Source of the DNA: Candidatus Liptonbacteria bacterium
Lineage (GTDB): Bacteria; Patescibacteriota; Minisyncoccia; UBA6257; 2-01-FULL-56-20
Direction: 5' to 3'
Assembly (NCBI GenBank): GCA_016194445.1
Contig: JACQBP010000045.1
Span: 1-44,847, forward strand
DNA: 44,847 nucleotides
Shown here: positions 36,449 through 44,847 of the stretch, piece after piece
How positions within the stretch are numbered: the first letter of the stretch is position 1
Layout of the letters: every line of letters begins with the position of its first letter
Translations under genes and position numbers: made by a program
The notes under the pieces: model-generated
Database searches by the model: none
Told to the model about the DNA's origin: nothing
The model's input: the letters and a program-made list of their open reading frames with translations, nothing else

Positions 36449-36838
36449 TCATACCGAAGCGGCCATTTGCATCGCCCGACCCCTCCGCTTCCTCGGGCTC
36501 ACCTTCTTCGATCCCGTTTGCGAAACCTGCCCGACCGGCCCTTCAATCTCCCGAATCCAAGCTTCTCGCAAAGAAGCGCATAAGGCGAGATTGTAAGGGA
36601 TCGTGGAGTCAAAACCGTGCGATACGGCGCTCTGGAATCGAGCGTTCCCCGAGGTTTCGGCTGGCCAGAGCCAACCCAGACCGTTGGCAAAATCACCCTT
36701 CAACTGACCCAAGATGCAACTGTCCCGGTCATGCATTCTCAAACGCCGAAGGCTGATCCGCTTTTTCCAGTCAGGCATTCTTTGACTGAGAAGCTTGGCC
36801 CCTCGAGCCACATTCGCTTCCAACTCTTTCTGATCCAA
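36449..36838 (-). CDS. Hypothetical protein (probable TTG start, MDQKE)
   Basis: GGAGG SD 6 nt before TTG; VARGA.LL....P.W...I......CILGQL pattern; bidirectional hairpin at 36400-36427. Confidence 0.6.
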   Translation of the reverse strand: MDQKELEANVARGAKLLSQRMPDWKKRISLRRLRMHDRDSCILGQLKGDFANGLGWLWPAETSGNARFQSAVSHGFDSTIPYNLALCASLREAWIREIEGPVGQVSQTGSKKVSPRKRRGRAMQMAASV

Positions 36839-36959
36839 CTGCCACCTCCCTCTAAAAAAAGGTTGAACTCTGCCTCGCGCTAGCAAAAATATAACACAAG
36901 CCCATTCCAAAAATCAAATTGTCCCCGCCACCACTCCTTTTTCTCATCTGGAGCAGACG

Positions 36960-37095
36960 TCTCGTAAAATTTTGGTTTCCGAAACCCCGCAGCCGGCGAG
37001 CTTGGTGTCGCCTTAGGCGACTCGCCGAGCGAGGACAGAATTATTCGCCGCTGGAGCGGATAATTCGAGGTTGAGGAAAGTAAAATTTTAAGAGA
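36960..37095 (+). repeat. Dispersed structured element family B
   Basis: Near-identical to 23066-23195 with compensatory or wobble changes. Confidence 0.85.
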
Positions 37096-37106
37096 CCATA
37101 TAAATC

Positions 37107-37556
37107 TCACCGAGTGACCTTAATCGTCTTCCCCAACTCTGCCGCCGGCGCCGCAACCGTAATCTCGGTGGTCGACGCGTTTTTTACGACCGTATAACCC
37201 GTGTCGTAATCGGTTACGCTCGTGTAGCGCGCGCTCGAAGTGGCTGGATCAAAAGGCAGATTGTTCATATAGTTCGGCACCAGACACGGCGCGATGTCAT
37301 AGTTCCCGGCCCCCACGGCCATTCTTTTAGTCGTCGTCGGAATATCACCATTCGCACAGGTAAAAATGCCCGTCCTCGTGTCCGCCACATTTTGCCGAAT
37401 GGCGTTTAGGATCGCATTTAAGTGCAAACTTCGTTCTGAATTTCGGGATGAGGCAAACTGCCCCACCGGATTCAACTTCACCACCCACACGCCCAAAATA
37501 ATCGCCAAAATGGCAATCGATATCAAAAGCTCCATCATCGTCAAACCCCTCTTCAT
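37107..37556 (-). CDS. Type IV pilin-like protein
   Basis: MKRG|LTMMELL prepilin motif, hydrophobic helix, two Cys, P.DP motif. Confidence 0.9.
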   Translation of the reverse strand: MKRGLTMMELLISIAILAIILGVWVVKLNPVGQFASSRNSERSLHLNAILNAIRQNVADTRTGIFTCANGDIPTTTKRMAVGAGNYDIAPCLVPNYMNNLPFDPATSSARYTSVTDYDTGYTVVKNASTTEITVAAPAAELGKTIKVTR

Positions 37557-37572
37557 ATAAGTTAATTATACG

Positions 37573-37604
37573 CTAAAAACTACAACCTATCACCTACAAC
37601 CTAG
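37573..37604 (+). repeat. Heptamer repeat (CTAnnAC-type)
   Basis: ctaaaaa ctacaac ctatcac ctacaac ctag. Confidence 0.7.
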
Positions 37605-37605
37605 T

Positions 37606-39036
37606 TTATTGGACCTCCTCCCACGATATCAAACTATACTGATCACTGCTTAAAGGAAAACTTGGCGGCGGCCCATAAAGCAAGTAAGAATCGTAAATAT
37701 AATCTCGTTGCTGATAACCGTTCGAGGCCGAATAGTTAAAGGCGGGTCTAAGAGCGCTCCCTAACATCCCATACGAAGTAAAAAGCGCGCGACTAGAATT
37801 TGAACCGCAAAAGGCGTATGAATAACGCCCCACCCGCCCATTTTGTGTCATCATCGCGGCATCAACCCTTAAATCATCCTCGCTTACGAGTCCCACGTTA
37901 ATATTATTTTGAGCCAGGAGCGCTATCACGTCACTGCCATCGTAGTTAGTGTAGAGCACGTCGCTATTCACCGTAATACTCGACCGAGTCGCCGGGTTAT
38001 CCGGAAACCGGCCCGAAGCAATGGTTAATCTTTTATTCTTAATCTGACCTCGCACCCATAGATTATCTTCCACGAAAATATTCCCGTTCGCCGGAATCGT
38101 CCCCGTCGCAAATATAGTTTCGGTTTGAATGCTCCAGGTTCCCCATCCCGACTGACCCGAATTGCTGCAACCGCCTGGCGGCGCAGTGAGCGCCGTCACT
38201 TTATAAATCGTAAAAATCCCGCTGGTCGCTAACTGCAAATCGTATCCTAAAACCGTGGAACTGCCAAAATAAGTTCCACTCGCTTGCGCGGCAGTTTTGA
38301 TCAAGGCCAAATCTTGAGTTATTTTTCCAAAATCCACCGCCGGCACCGGAAACTGTCGGCCCGCCATAAAAACATCCGGCCGACTCGGCACGGCCGCCGG
38401 CGGCAATGGATCGGTGGGTGCCGAGTGGGTGTGCACCCCAAATTCATTAGCGCCACTGTGATCCGGATCATCAAAAGTGGTTTGAGCGCTCGTGACCAGG
38501 TTATGAGCCAAACCGTCAAACCGCAAGCCCGAGTTGGAATGAACCAAACCAAACACCTCCGCGGCCGAACCAAATCGAACGTAATCATTTAAAACCCAAG
38601 CGAATTTCGCAAAAGAAGGTATGCCCATCCTCACCTTAATTACCTTCTCCACTGAGCTGTCGGCTAAAGCCTTGCCGGTGCTTTTTATATTCACAATCGT
38701 GGAACCATTTGTCGGCGCCGTAATATCGAGTACAAACTGGCCGATCAAATTGCCGCTTTTATCGTAATAATTGTGAGTGTAAGGCCCGGCGCTACCTGTG
38801 CCATCCTGATAATCCTTCGGCGCGTGCGCTAAGTGCCAGCGATAGTACTCAATCCCCGACTCCGCGATGGTGAAGGCCAAAGATTTATTGAAAGCCCTCA
38901 CGGAAAGTTTAAGGAAGGAAAGAGCGGCAAACGTAAAACCGGAAATTAAAATGACCACGATCGCCGCAAAAAAAACCATCTGCAGCGACAACTGTCCCCC
39001 TCTTTTTCTAATTTGTATTATTCGTATCATTCGCAT
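37606..39036 (-). CDS. PilX-like minor pilin with large C-terminal domain
   Basis: RGG|QLSLQ N-terminus without Glu5, AESGIEY helix, terminal SWEE. Confidence 0.8.
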   Translation of the reverse strand: MRMIRIIQIRKRGGQLSLQMVFFAAIVVILISGFTFAALSFLKLSVRAFNKSLAFTIAESGIEYYRWHLAHAPKDYQDGTGSAGPYTHNYYDKSGNLIGQFVLDITAPTNGSTIVNIKSTGKALADSSVEKVIKVRMGIPSFAKFAWVLNDYVRFGSAAEVFGLVHSNSGLRFDGLAHNLVTSAQTTFDDPDHSGANEFGVHTHSAPTDPLPPAAVPSRPDVFMAGRQFPVPAVDFGKITQDLALIKTAAQASGTYFGSSTVLGYDLQLATSGIFTIYKVTALTAPPGGCSNSGQSGWGTWSIQTETIFATGTIPANGNIFVEDNLWVRGQIKNKRLTIASGRFPDNPATRSSITVNSDVLYTNYDGSDVIALLAQNNINVGLVSEDDLRVDAAMMTQNGRVGRYSYAFCGSNSSRALFTSYGMLGSALRPAFNYSASNGYQQRDYIYDSYLLYGPPPSFPLSSDQYSLISWEEVQ

Positions 39037-39060
39037 GCATTAGTATAGTGGTATCACAAT

Positions 39061-39681
39061 TTAATTGCTTCTTAGGTTCCTGATGGTGATGGTATCTGAA
39101 AATAAAAGTGGGTTCGGCGCTTTGCCAGGATTAGTGTCCACGTGAACCGAAACCTTCACCACTCTTATTTTAGAAACATCCACCGTTGAAGTCATAGCCG
39201 TTTGCGTCCCGGTGTAACTGTCGTCAAAATAATCAAAAAAATTAGTGCCGGTCGCGTTCACCGCGTTGTAAATTACATTTTTGACGACTTCGCTTGAGGT
39301 TACATATTGAAACGTCCCCGTCGGTTTAATTACCCCTTTTTCAACCGTGCTTGTCACCAACGTGTACCTGACTCTTTCAAAAATTCCATCCTGATCAATA
39401 TCGCTGAAAAAAACCAGCGAACTGGTCGACGCCGATTGGATTGGATAAGCCCCGTTTGAAGCCGGACCTGCCGACCTGATATCAGTTACCATCACCTGAA
39501 AAGTTTGATCCAGGGTACTTCTTGATTGAAGTTTTTGATTCACAAAGTTCTCAATATTTGAAACGTTACTCGTTAAACTCGAAACGACCAAGACCAAAAC
39601 CGCCGAGATAGCCGCAAAAATTATCACCTCTACGAGCGAAAACCCATTCTTTGACTTTTTGTTATGTATTACCTTATCCAT
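39061..39681 (-). CDS. PilW-like minor pilin
   Basis: KNG|FSLVEV, DIRSA, C-terminal IRN. Confidence 0.85.
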   Translation of the reverse strand: MDKVIHNKKSKNGFSLVEVIIFAAISAVLVLVVSSLTSNVSNIENFVNQKLQSRSTLDQTFQVMVTDIRSAGPASNGAYPIQSASTSSLVFFSDIDQDGIFERVRYTLVTSTVEKGVIKPTGTFQYVTSSEVVKNVIYNAVNATGTNFFDYFDDSYTGTQTAMTSTVDVSKIRVVKVSVHVDTNPGKAPNPLLFSDTITIRNLRSN

Positions 39682-39704
39682 AATTCGGTTTTGTTTTATT
39701 CCTT

Positions 39705-39735
39705 CTACAACCTAAAACCTATCACCTAAAACCTG
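39705..39735 (+). repeat. Heptamer repeat (CTAnnAC-type)
   Basis: ctacaac ctaaaac ctatcac ctaaaac ctg. Confidence 0.7.
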
Positions 39736-39738
39736 TTC

Positions 39739-41499
39739 TTACTGCGGCTGCAATAAAATTTCTGCCTGTGTCCAATTGCCCACTACCGAAACCGAACTGG
39801 TCGCCGGATTGTATCCCGTCGCGCTAACTGTAATATCGTAGTCACCAGAGGCTAAGTTGTTGAATAAAGCTTGGGAGGGTGGCACGCACACCCCTTTAAA
39901 TTCAACACTCACATCATCGAGTCGCGGCGTGTAATTCTCATCCGCGGTTGAAAAATAAACTTTATATCGCAAGTAGCGATTACCAGAGAGTCCACTCCAC
40001 ACATTCGAACTCGAGGCAACGTAGTAGCTCGTAGCGGTGCCATCGGGTCCCACAAAATTCCAAGTCGCGTTGTCGTTGTTTGAAGCTAACTGAAACTTCA
40101 GACTGTCCGAGCCGGTTTGCGAAGGCTGAACTTGAGGATTCCAATTCAAACCGTAAAAACTGGCCGTTGAAGAACCAACATCAAAAGTATTCGAAACCAG
40201 CCAGCTCGTGGTCGAAGTGCTGTAAGTCGACGAAGCGTTCGCTAAAAGTTTTATGGTTCCGGCCGGATTCCCCGTGTCTAAACCGCCATCTTGGGCGGCA
40301 TACTGCCCCCCGGACCAATCCGTTTCTCTAAGAAAACTATGGCCAGTAATCGCGCTCGCTTGAAATCCAGATTTAGTTAAATTAACCGATGCTTCCAAAA
40401 CTCCATTCCCGTTCACACTATTTTTCACCGTTACTAAAAGCGACTTCGGCGCGGTCGGTTGAACCACAAACCTGAAATCGTAGGTGGAACTCGGATTCAC
40501 AATCATCGGCGAAAGCGGGACAGTTCCCAACAAATCATAACTGGCTTCATTCAATGGAAAAGAATAAGTGTCCCATTCAATATTGTTAAGGGACTTAGAA
40601 CTGCTCGATCCAGTGTTAGTGCTAGTTGTAAATTTTAAAACATCTGGGTTGGTACCAATCAGTCTCGTCCCGTTCATCGAAAAATGAATATTCGGGATTG
40701 CCTCACACCGGAGTCCCGAGGAGTCAACGTTGACTCGGCTTACCTTATCAATAGCAAAACTGATCGCGGTTACGGTTTGAGCCGCCACGGTGGCGTGCGG
40801 CTTGGTTGGATTCGGATTCCCCGCCGCTCCAATGGGATAAGTTTGATCCGAAGAGTAGCCGGCTTTACTCACGCTAATTTGATAACTTTGAGTGCTCGTG
40901 GGCACCCCCACTAGTTGCAACACGCCACTTGCGTTAGTCGCGTCGGTAAGATCAATCGTTGGCGTCACTGATGCGTTAACCACGTGCACATTCGCCGCGC
41001 TAACTGACGAACCAATCGCGTCAAAAACATTAATAAAAATCGAACCGTTGGTGCTCGCGCTCTCAAGATTCTTGGGCGCCACCGTGGTCGTAAAAACCAT
41101 CGGCACAAACTTTAAGCAAGTGAGGCAACTCACTTCGAGCTCCACTAATTTATAATCGGCCGGCGCGGTATCGTTCGGTGTGCCGCCCAAAGTCCCGTCA
41201 AACGGATCATCAATATTCCGGACCGTTGTCTTGACCGTAAAATTAACGTTATCAAACTTAATAACTTGAATTTGGGGAATTGCGCCCGCCGGCACTCCTC
41301 CTTGAGTCCCAACGCTGTCGTAAGTCATATTTCTCAAAATCTCGACTTGTCGGTTAAAAACCGACGTGGCTGCTCCTCTGATTTCTAAATTATTTACGGT
41401 GTCGAGAATTGAAAAATAAACTAAATAAATTCCGCCAAAAAGCATCACGATAATCGCGACGCTAATCACCACATCAATCAGGCTGAAGCCTTTTTTCAT
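39739..41499 (-). CDS. PilV-like minor pilin fused to carboxypeptidase-regulatory-like beta-sandwich domains
   Basis: KKG|FSLID (Asp at +5), E.LRN..Y, T.A.G...YQISVSKAGY repeats. Confidence 0.82.
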   Translation of the reverse strand: MKKGFSLIDVVISVAIIVMLFGGIYLVYFSILDTVNNLEIRGAATSVFNRQVEILRNMTYDSVGTQGGVPAGAIPQIQVIKFDNVNFTVKTTVRNIDDPFDGTLGGTPNDTAPADYKLVELEVSCLTCLKFVPMVFTTTVAPKNLESASTNGSIFINVFDAIGSSVSAANVHVVNASVTPTIDLTDATNASGVLQLVGVPTSTQSYQISVSKAGYSSDQTYPIGAAGNPNPTKPHATVAAQTVTAISFAIDKVSRVNVDSSGLRCEAIPNIHFSMNGTRLIGTNPDVLKFTTSTNTGSSSSKSLNNIEWDTYSFPLNEASYDLLGTVPLSPMIVNPSSTYDFRFVVQPTAPKSLLVTVKNSVNGNGVLEASVNLTKSGFQASAITGHSFLRETDWSGGQYAAQDGGLDTGNPAGTIKLLANASSTYSTSTTSWLVSNTFDVGSSTASFYGLNWNPQVQPSQTGSDSLKFQLASNNDNATWNFVGPDGTATSYYVASSSNVWSGLSGNRYLRYKVYFSTADENYTPRLDDVSVEFKGVCVPPSQALFNNLASGDYDITVSATGYNPATSSVSVVGNWTQAEILLQPQ

Positions 41500-41539
41500 A
41501 CCAATCTAAATTATACCATTCCGTAAACTCCTTCTCACC

Positions 41540-41689
41540 AAGTTCCAACTTGTGTTCAGGGGCAACTCTCGCAGGCTCTGCCAGCTTGGTTCCCGAATCT
41601 TCGAGGGGTAGCAGTGCCGAGAGGGTAGGGCGACTTTCGCCGCTGGAGCGAAAGAACGCCCGGTGCCGCTGAACACACGTCAGGAACTT
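41540..41689 (+). repeat. Dispersed structured element family B (stems replaced, loops conserved)
   Basis: TGTGTTCAG/CTGAACACA stem; GCTTGGT bulge; CTTTCGC-CGCTGGA-GCGAAAG. Confidence 0.8.
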
Positions 41690-41695
41690 ATCCCA

Positions 41696-42787
41696 CTATT
41701 GGCTCAACCCCTGCGAAATCGAGTAAATCGGCGTGATGATCGAAATGGCCACAAAACCCACAAACAGACCCATAAAAAGCAGCATCACCGGTTCGAGGAG
41801 TGTGGTTAAATTCCGCACTTTATTATCCACTTCCTCCGTGTAATATTCCGACAAATAAAAAAGATTGTCTTCCAAGTTGCCGGTGTTTTCCCCAATCTTA
41901 ATCATGCCGCACAAAAGAATGGGAAAAAACTTCTCGTTCAAACTCAAGTATTCGGCCAATTGCTGTCCTTTCCGGATATTCTCATCCGCGTTAGCTAGCG
42001 CCCGCCGGTAAACCAAATTATTAAAAGTGCTCGCCGTAATCGTGACCGCCTCCACAATTCTAATCCCGCTTTTAAGGAGCAGCCCCAAAATTCGAGTGAA
42101 GTTGGCCATATTAATGTTAATAGTGAGTCCCGAGAGTACCGGCACCATAAAAACCGATCGATCAAAAAAATATTTAAAAACCGGCAGTCGAATCAACAAT
42201 CTAAAAATCACTATGAGCAGTATCCCTCCGACCAACAATTCCCAACCGTACTGCTTAGTAAAATTTAGGACCTCAATCAGGATTCTCGTGGTGGCGGGCA
42301 ATTTTATGTTCAAACCCGTAAAAACTGGAATGATTTTCGGGAAAACTACGAAAGTCAAAAAACCGGTGATGGCGAGAGTGGCTATCAAAATCACCATTGG
42401 ATAAACCATGGCCGACCTAATTTTACTTCTCAAAACCTTAGCTTTTTTGAGTTCGTCCGCTAAATAAAGCAAGTTTTGAGCGAGCGTACCGCTCGTCTCG
42501 CCCACTCGAATGATATTGATAAAAAAATCCCCGAAGATGTGCTGATGGGCCTGAAGGCTGTCGGCCAAAGACTGACCCTTTTCAATGTCGCCAATCAGTC
42601 GGTCCACGATCTCGATGAGCGTCTTTGAGGTGATTTGATTGCGAATGATCTTAAGGCCCTCCACTAAAGGCAAACCGGCCTTAATCACAATCGCCAAGTG
42701 CCTGGCGAAATCAATCTTTTCCTGAACCGAAAGCCGTTCAAAAAAAGCTGGAAAACCCCCGTGGGCTGATTTTTTAGAACTCGGCAT
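41696..42787 (-). CDS. pilC: Type IV pilus/T2SS platform protein (PilC/GspF)
   Basis: AGLPLVE, GETSG.L, AMVYP, GENTG.L, LLEP, PIY. Confidence 0.95.
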   Translation of the reverse strand: MPSSKKSAHGGFPAFFERLSVQEKIDFARHLAIVIKAGLPLVEGLKIIRNQITSKTLIEIVDRLIGDIEKGQSLADSLQAHQHIFGDFFINIIRVGETSGTLAQNLLYLADELKKAKVLRSKIRSAMVYPMVILIATLAITGFLTFVVFPKIIPVFTGLNIKLPATTRILIEVLNFTKQYGWELLVGGILLIVIFRLLIRLPVFKYFFDRSVFMVPVLSGLTININMANFTRILGLLLKSGIRIVEAVTITASTFNNLVYRRALANADENIRKGQQLAEYLSLNEKFFPILLCGMIKIGENTGNLEDNLFYLSEYYTEEVDNKVRNLTTLLEPVMLLFMGLFVGFVAISIITPIYSISQGLSQ

Positions 42788-42833
42788 AGAAATCTATGAC
42801 TCCTGTCATAAGTTATTAGTTACCAGTCATAGG

Positions 42834-44132
42834 TTATTCGTGAATAATCCTCAACACCTCCTCCAAACTCGTCTTTCCCTCGAGAGCTAGCGCCAAACCA
42901 TTCTGAAGCATCGTCTTCATCCCGTTTTTAATGGCGGCGTCCTTTATTGTTTGGTTATTTGCGCGAGCCATAATCAGTTCCCGAATTTCGTCGTTCACCT
43001 CGATCACTTCCCGAATGCCGATCCTGCCTTTATAACCAATTTTCCCGCAAGTCGCGCAACCTTCGCCAATGTAAAAAACTGGCTGCTTGTCTTTTAAACC
43101 AGGAATCATCTCTCTCACGCTTTGAAGCTCACTCGCGCTTAGATCCCGTTTCTTTTTACAGTCCGGACAAATCATTCTGACCAACCTTTGTCCCATCACA
43201 ATATTAATCGTCGAAGCGATCAAAAATGGCGGCACGCCCATATCCATCAGTCGGGGAAAAGTGGTCGCCGCGTCATTGGTGTGAAGGGTAGATAAAAGCA
43301 AGTGACCAGTCAGCGCGGCGTTGACCGCGATCCCCGCCGTTTCTTGATCTCGAATTTCACCAACCATAATCACGTTCGGATCCTGACGCAAAATTGACCG
43401 GAGGCCGTTCGCAAAAGTCAGACCCACTCTTGCGTCTGCCTGCACCTGCGTGATGCCCTCAAGTGAATACTCAATCGGATCCTCCACCGTAATAATCGAA
43501 GTCTCTGGCACATTCAGTTTTTTGAGAATCGTGTAAAGCGTCGTGCTCTTCCCAGAACCCGTCGGGCCGTTCGCCAAAATCATCCCGTAGGGCTTCTTGA
43601 TCGCCCGCTCCACTTTTTTAAGTTCCTCCGGCGCAAACCCCAAATCTTCCAAAGTGAAAGTTTGTGTTTCGGCAAGCAATCTCAAAACGGCATTCTCTCC
43701 GTAGTAAGTGGGCATAATCGAAACCCGCACATCAATCGCTCCCACTCCGTCCGGATCGGTCTTGAATCTTCCGTCTTGAGGCAAAAAGTGTTCGTCCGTC
43801 CGCAGTCCCGACATCACCTTAATCCGACTGATAATCTCCTGGTGGAGTGATTTGGTGATAAAAATCTTATCAAAAATATCATGGAGCATCCCATCAATCC
43901 TAAATCTCACCCTGATTTTATCCGGCGTGGGATCCAAATGCACATCCGAAGCTCTCGCCACGTAAGCGTACTTCACAAACAAATTGACCAAACTCACAAT
44001 CGAAACTTCGTCGATGGGCTTCGTAATTTGCTTCTCAATATCAAGCTTTAGGGAAGCAACATCCACCACTTCTTTTTTCTTAGGCGGATTCTCAATTTTG
44101 CTTTCGTCTTTTTTAGGACCAAAAATAGCCAT
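42834..44132 (-). CDS. pilB: Type IV pilus assembly ATPase (PilB/GspE), short N-terminus
   Basis: ASDVH, PQDGR, GPTGSGKST, LRQDP, GEIRD, TGHL, LHTND, CxxC...CxxC. Confidence 0.95.
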   Translation of the reverse strand: MAIFGPKKDESKIENPPKKKEVVDVASLKLDIEKQITKPIDEVSIVSLVNLFVKYAYVARASDVHLDPTPDKIRVRFRIDGMLHDIFDKIFITKSLHQEIISRIKVMSGLRTDEHFLPQDGRFKTDPDGVGAIDVRVSIMPTYYGENAVLRLLAETQTFTLEDLGFAPEELKKVERAIKKPYGMILANGPTGSGKSTTLYTILKKLNVPETSIITVEDPIEYSLEGITQVQADARVGLTFANGLRSILRQDPNVIMVGEIRDQETAGIAVNAALTGHLLLSTLHTNDAATTFPRLMDMGVPPFLIASTINIVMGQRLVRMICPDCKKKRDLSASELQSVREMIPGLKDKQPVFYIGEGCATCGKIGYKGRIGIREVIEVNDEIRELIMARANNQTIKDAAIKNGMKTMLQNGLALALEGKTSLEEVLRIIHE

Positions 44133-44201
44133 CGATAGTTTTCTTACTACTTTATTATAGTTTATTATAGCACGAAGCCAAATCAGCTAAAACCAAGTTA
44201 A

Positions 44202-44301
44202 CCCAGCTCCACGACTCCACAGCCGCGGCTTCAGGGCTATTCCCTTCGGGACCATACTGCCAATTCCTCCACGTCACACCTATGGCTTCCGTGGGGCTGG
44301 G
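44202..44301 (-). repeat. Structured intergenic element, possible family-B relative in opposite orientation
   Basis: CCCAGCTCCACG/CGTGGGGCTGGG closure; minus strand contains GTATGGT-CCC-GAA-GGG. Confidence 0.5.
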
Positions 44302-44348
44302 CGAATTCCCCAGTCCTCTTGTGATTAGTCATTTGTTACAATAATGTC

Positions 44349-44513
44349 ATGTCCTCAAAATCCATCATCTGGCTCGGCATGATCGTGGGCTCGACGGCCG
44401 GCAGTTTTATCCCCTCTCTCTGGGGCTCCGGCGTTCTTTCTTACTCGTCTCTTTTATTTTCTACCCTCGGCGGTGTCGCCGGCATCTGGCTCGGGTTTAA
44501 ATTGAGCCGGTGA
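44349..44513 (+). CDS. 54-aa Gly-rich two-helix membrane protein (below ORF track cutoff)
   Basis: MSSKSIIWLGMIVGSTAGSFIPSLWGSGVLSYSSLLFSTLGGVAGIWLGFKLSR; TGnTACAAT 6 nt before the ATG; host-like codons. Confidence 0.8.
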   Translation: MSSKSIIWLGMIVGSTAGSFIPSLWGSGVLSYSSLLFSTLGGVAGIWLGFKLSR

Positions 44514-44553
44514 TTAGGTTTTCTTAGTGAAGAATGAACTTAGAAAACCAATC

Positions 44554-44625
44554 ATCCTGAGGAGCAAGGCGAGGAGGTACCAAACACACTAGTGTGAGGT
44601 ACCGAGTGCACTTGCGACGTAGGAT
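44554..44625 (+). repeat. REP-like composite hairpin between convergent genes
   Basis: ATCCT-GAGGA-GCAAG...GGTACC..CACAC-TA-GTGTG..GGTACC...CTTGC-GACGT-AGGAT. Confidence 0.6.
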
Positions 44626-44640
44626 TACCTTTTTATTTAA

Positions 44641-44847
44641 TCAGTCAAAAATATTCACGAGATACTGGTCAATTTCGCGCTGGGACAAGTCGTATAAATA
44701 TTTGCCGCTGTTATGTAAATCAGTCGCAAGCGCTACGCCCACAAAACGCCAGTGCCACGGCTCGAATTGATAGTACGAATTGTTGGAAGGGTAAGAGAGC
44801 ACCAAGCCGAACTTGTACGCGTTTGTCTCCAACCATTTATAAGCTTT
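44641..44847 (-). CDS. C-terminal part of M15B (VanY-like) D,D- or L,D-carboxypeptidase, truncated by window edge
   Basis: AYKWLETNAYKFG...SYP...EPWHWRFVG. Confidence 0.9.
   Translation of the reverse strand, partial: KAYKWLETNAYKFGLVLSYPSNNSYYQFEPWHWRFVGVALATDLHNSGKYLYDLSQREIDQYLVNIFD

Noticed and set aside
12663-41689. Repeats as a CRISPR array or integron attC sites
   Set aside because: Copies are dispersed with no repeat-spacer periodicity, no cas or intI genes, and no consistent RYYYAAC/GTTRRRY ends.
2489-43850. Numerous 60-150 aa antisense or overlapping ORFs in the track
   Set aside because: They are shadows of well-supported genes on the opposite strand or frame, with no motifs or start signals.
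1-44847. Alternative genetic code (UGA=Gly) as in Gracilibacteria/Absconditabacteria
   Set aside because: Conserved genes are full length under code 11, and several (cobO, scpA, mreC) end at TGA at the expected position.

Overview
Chromosomal segment from a small-genome bacterium, most likely Patescibacteria/CPR (Parcubacteria-like). This is inferred from the compact housekeeping proteins, a type IV pilus cluster, a chromosomal VirD4/HerA-like ATPase and mostly SD-less genes; TGA is used as stop. Most of the window is core genes, largely on the minus strand: efp, khpA-rpsP, prfA, ndk, aspS, pgk, pyrG, rplU, mreBCD-mrdA, proS, mraY, scpAB, dnaX and pilB-pilC-pilins. The unusual content is non-coding. 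(1) An RNase P RNA gene carries an intact GIY-YIG endonuclease ORF as the loop of a perfect 19-bp P3 extension. (2) A ~480-nt highly structured RNA with its own -10 box and terminator has motifs that recall ROOL RNA (from memory, unverified). (3) A ~140-nt RNA with a consensus promoter lies upstream of efp. (4) Several dispersed covarying hairpin and three-way-junction elements fold on the strand antisense to neighbouring genes. (5) A displaced duplicate of the prfA 3' end follows the gene. Several self-contained promoter-SD-ORF-terminator cassettes and three unlisted small membrane proteins are also present. All calls come from reading the sequence; no searches were run.
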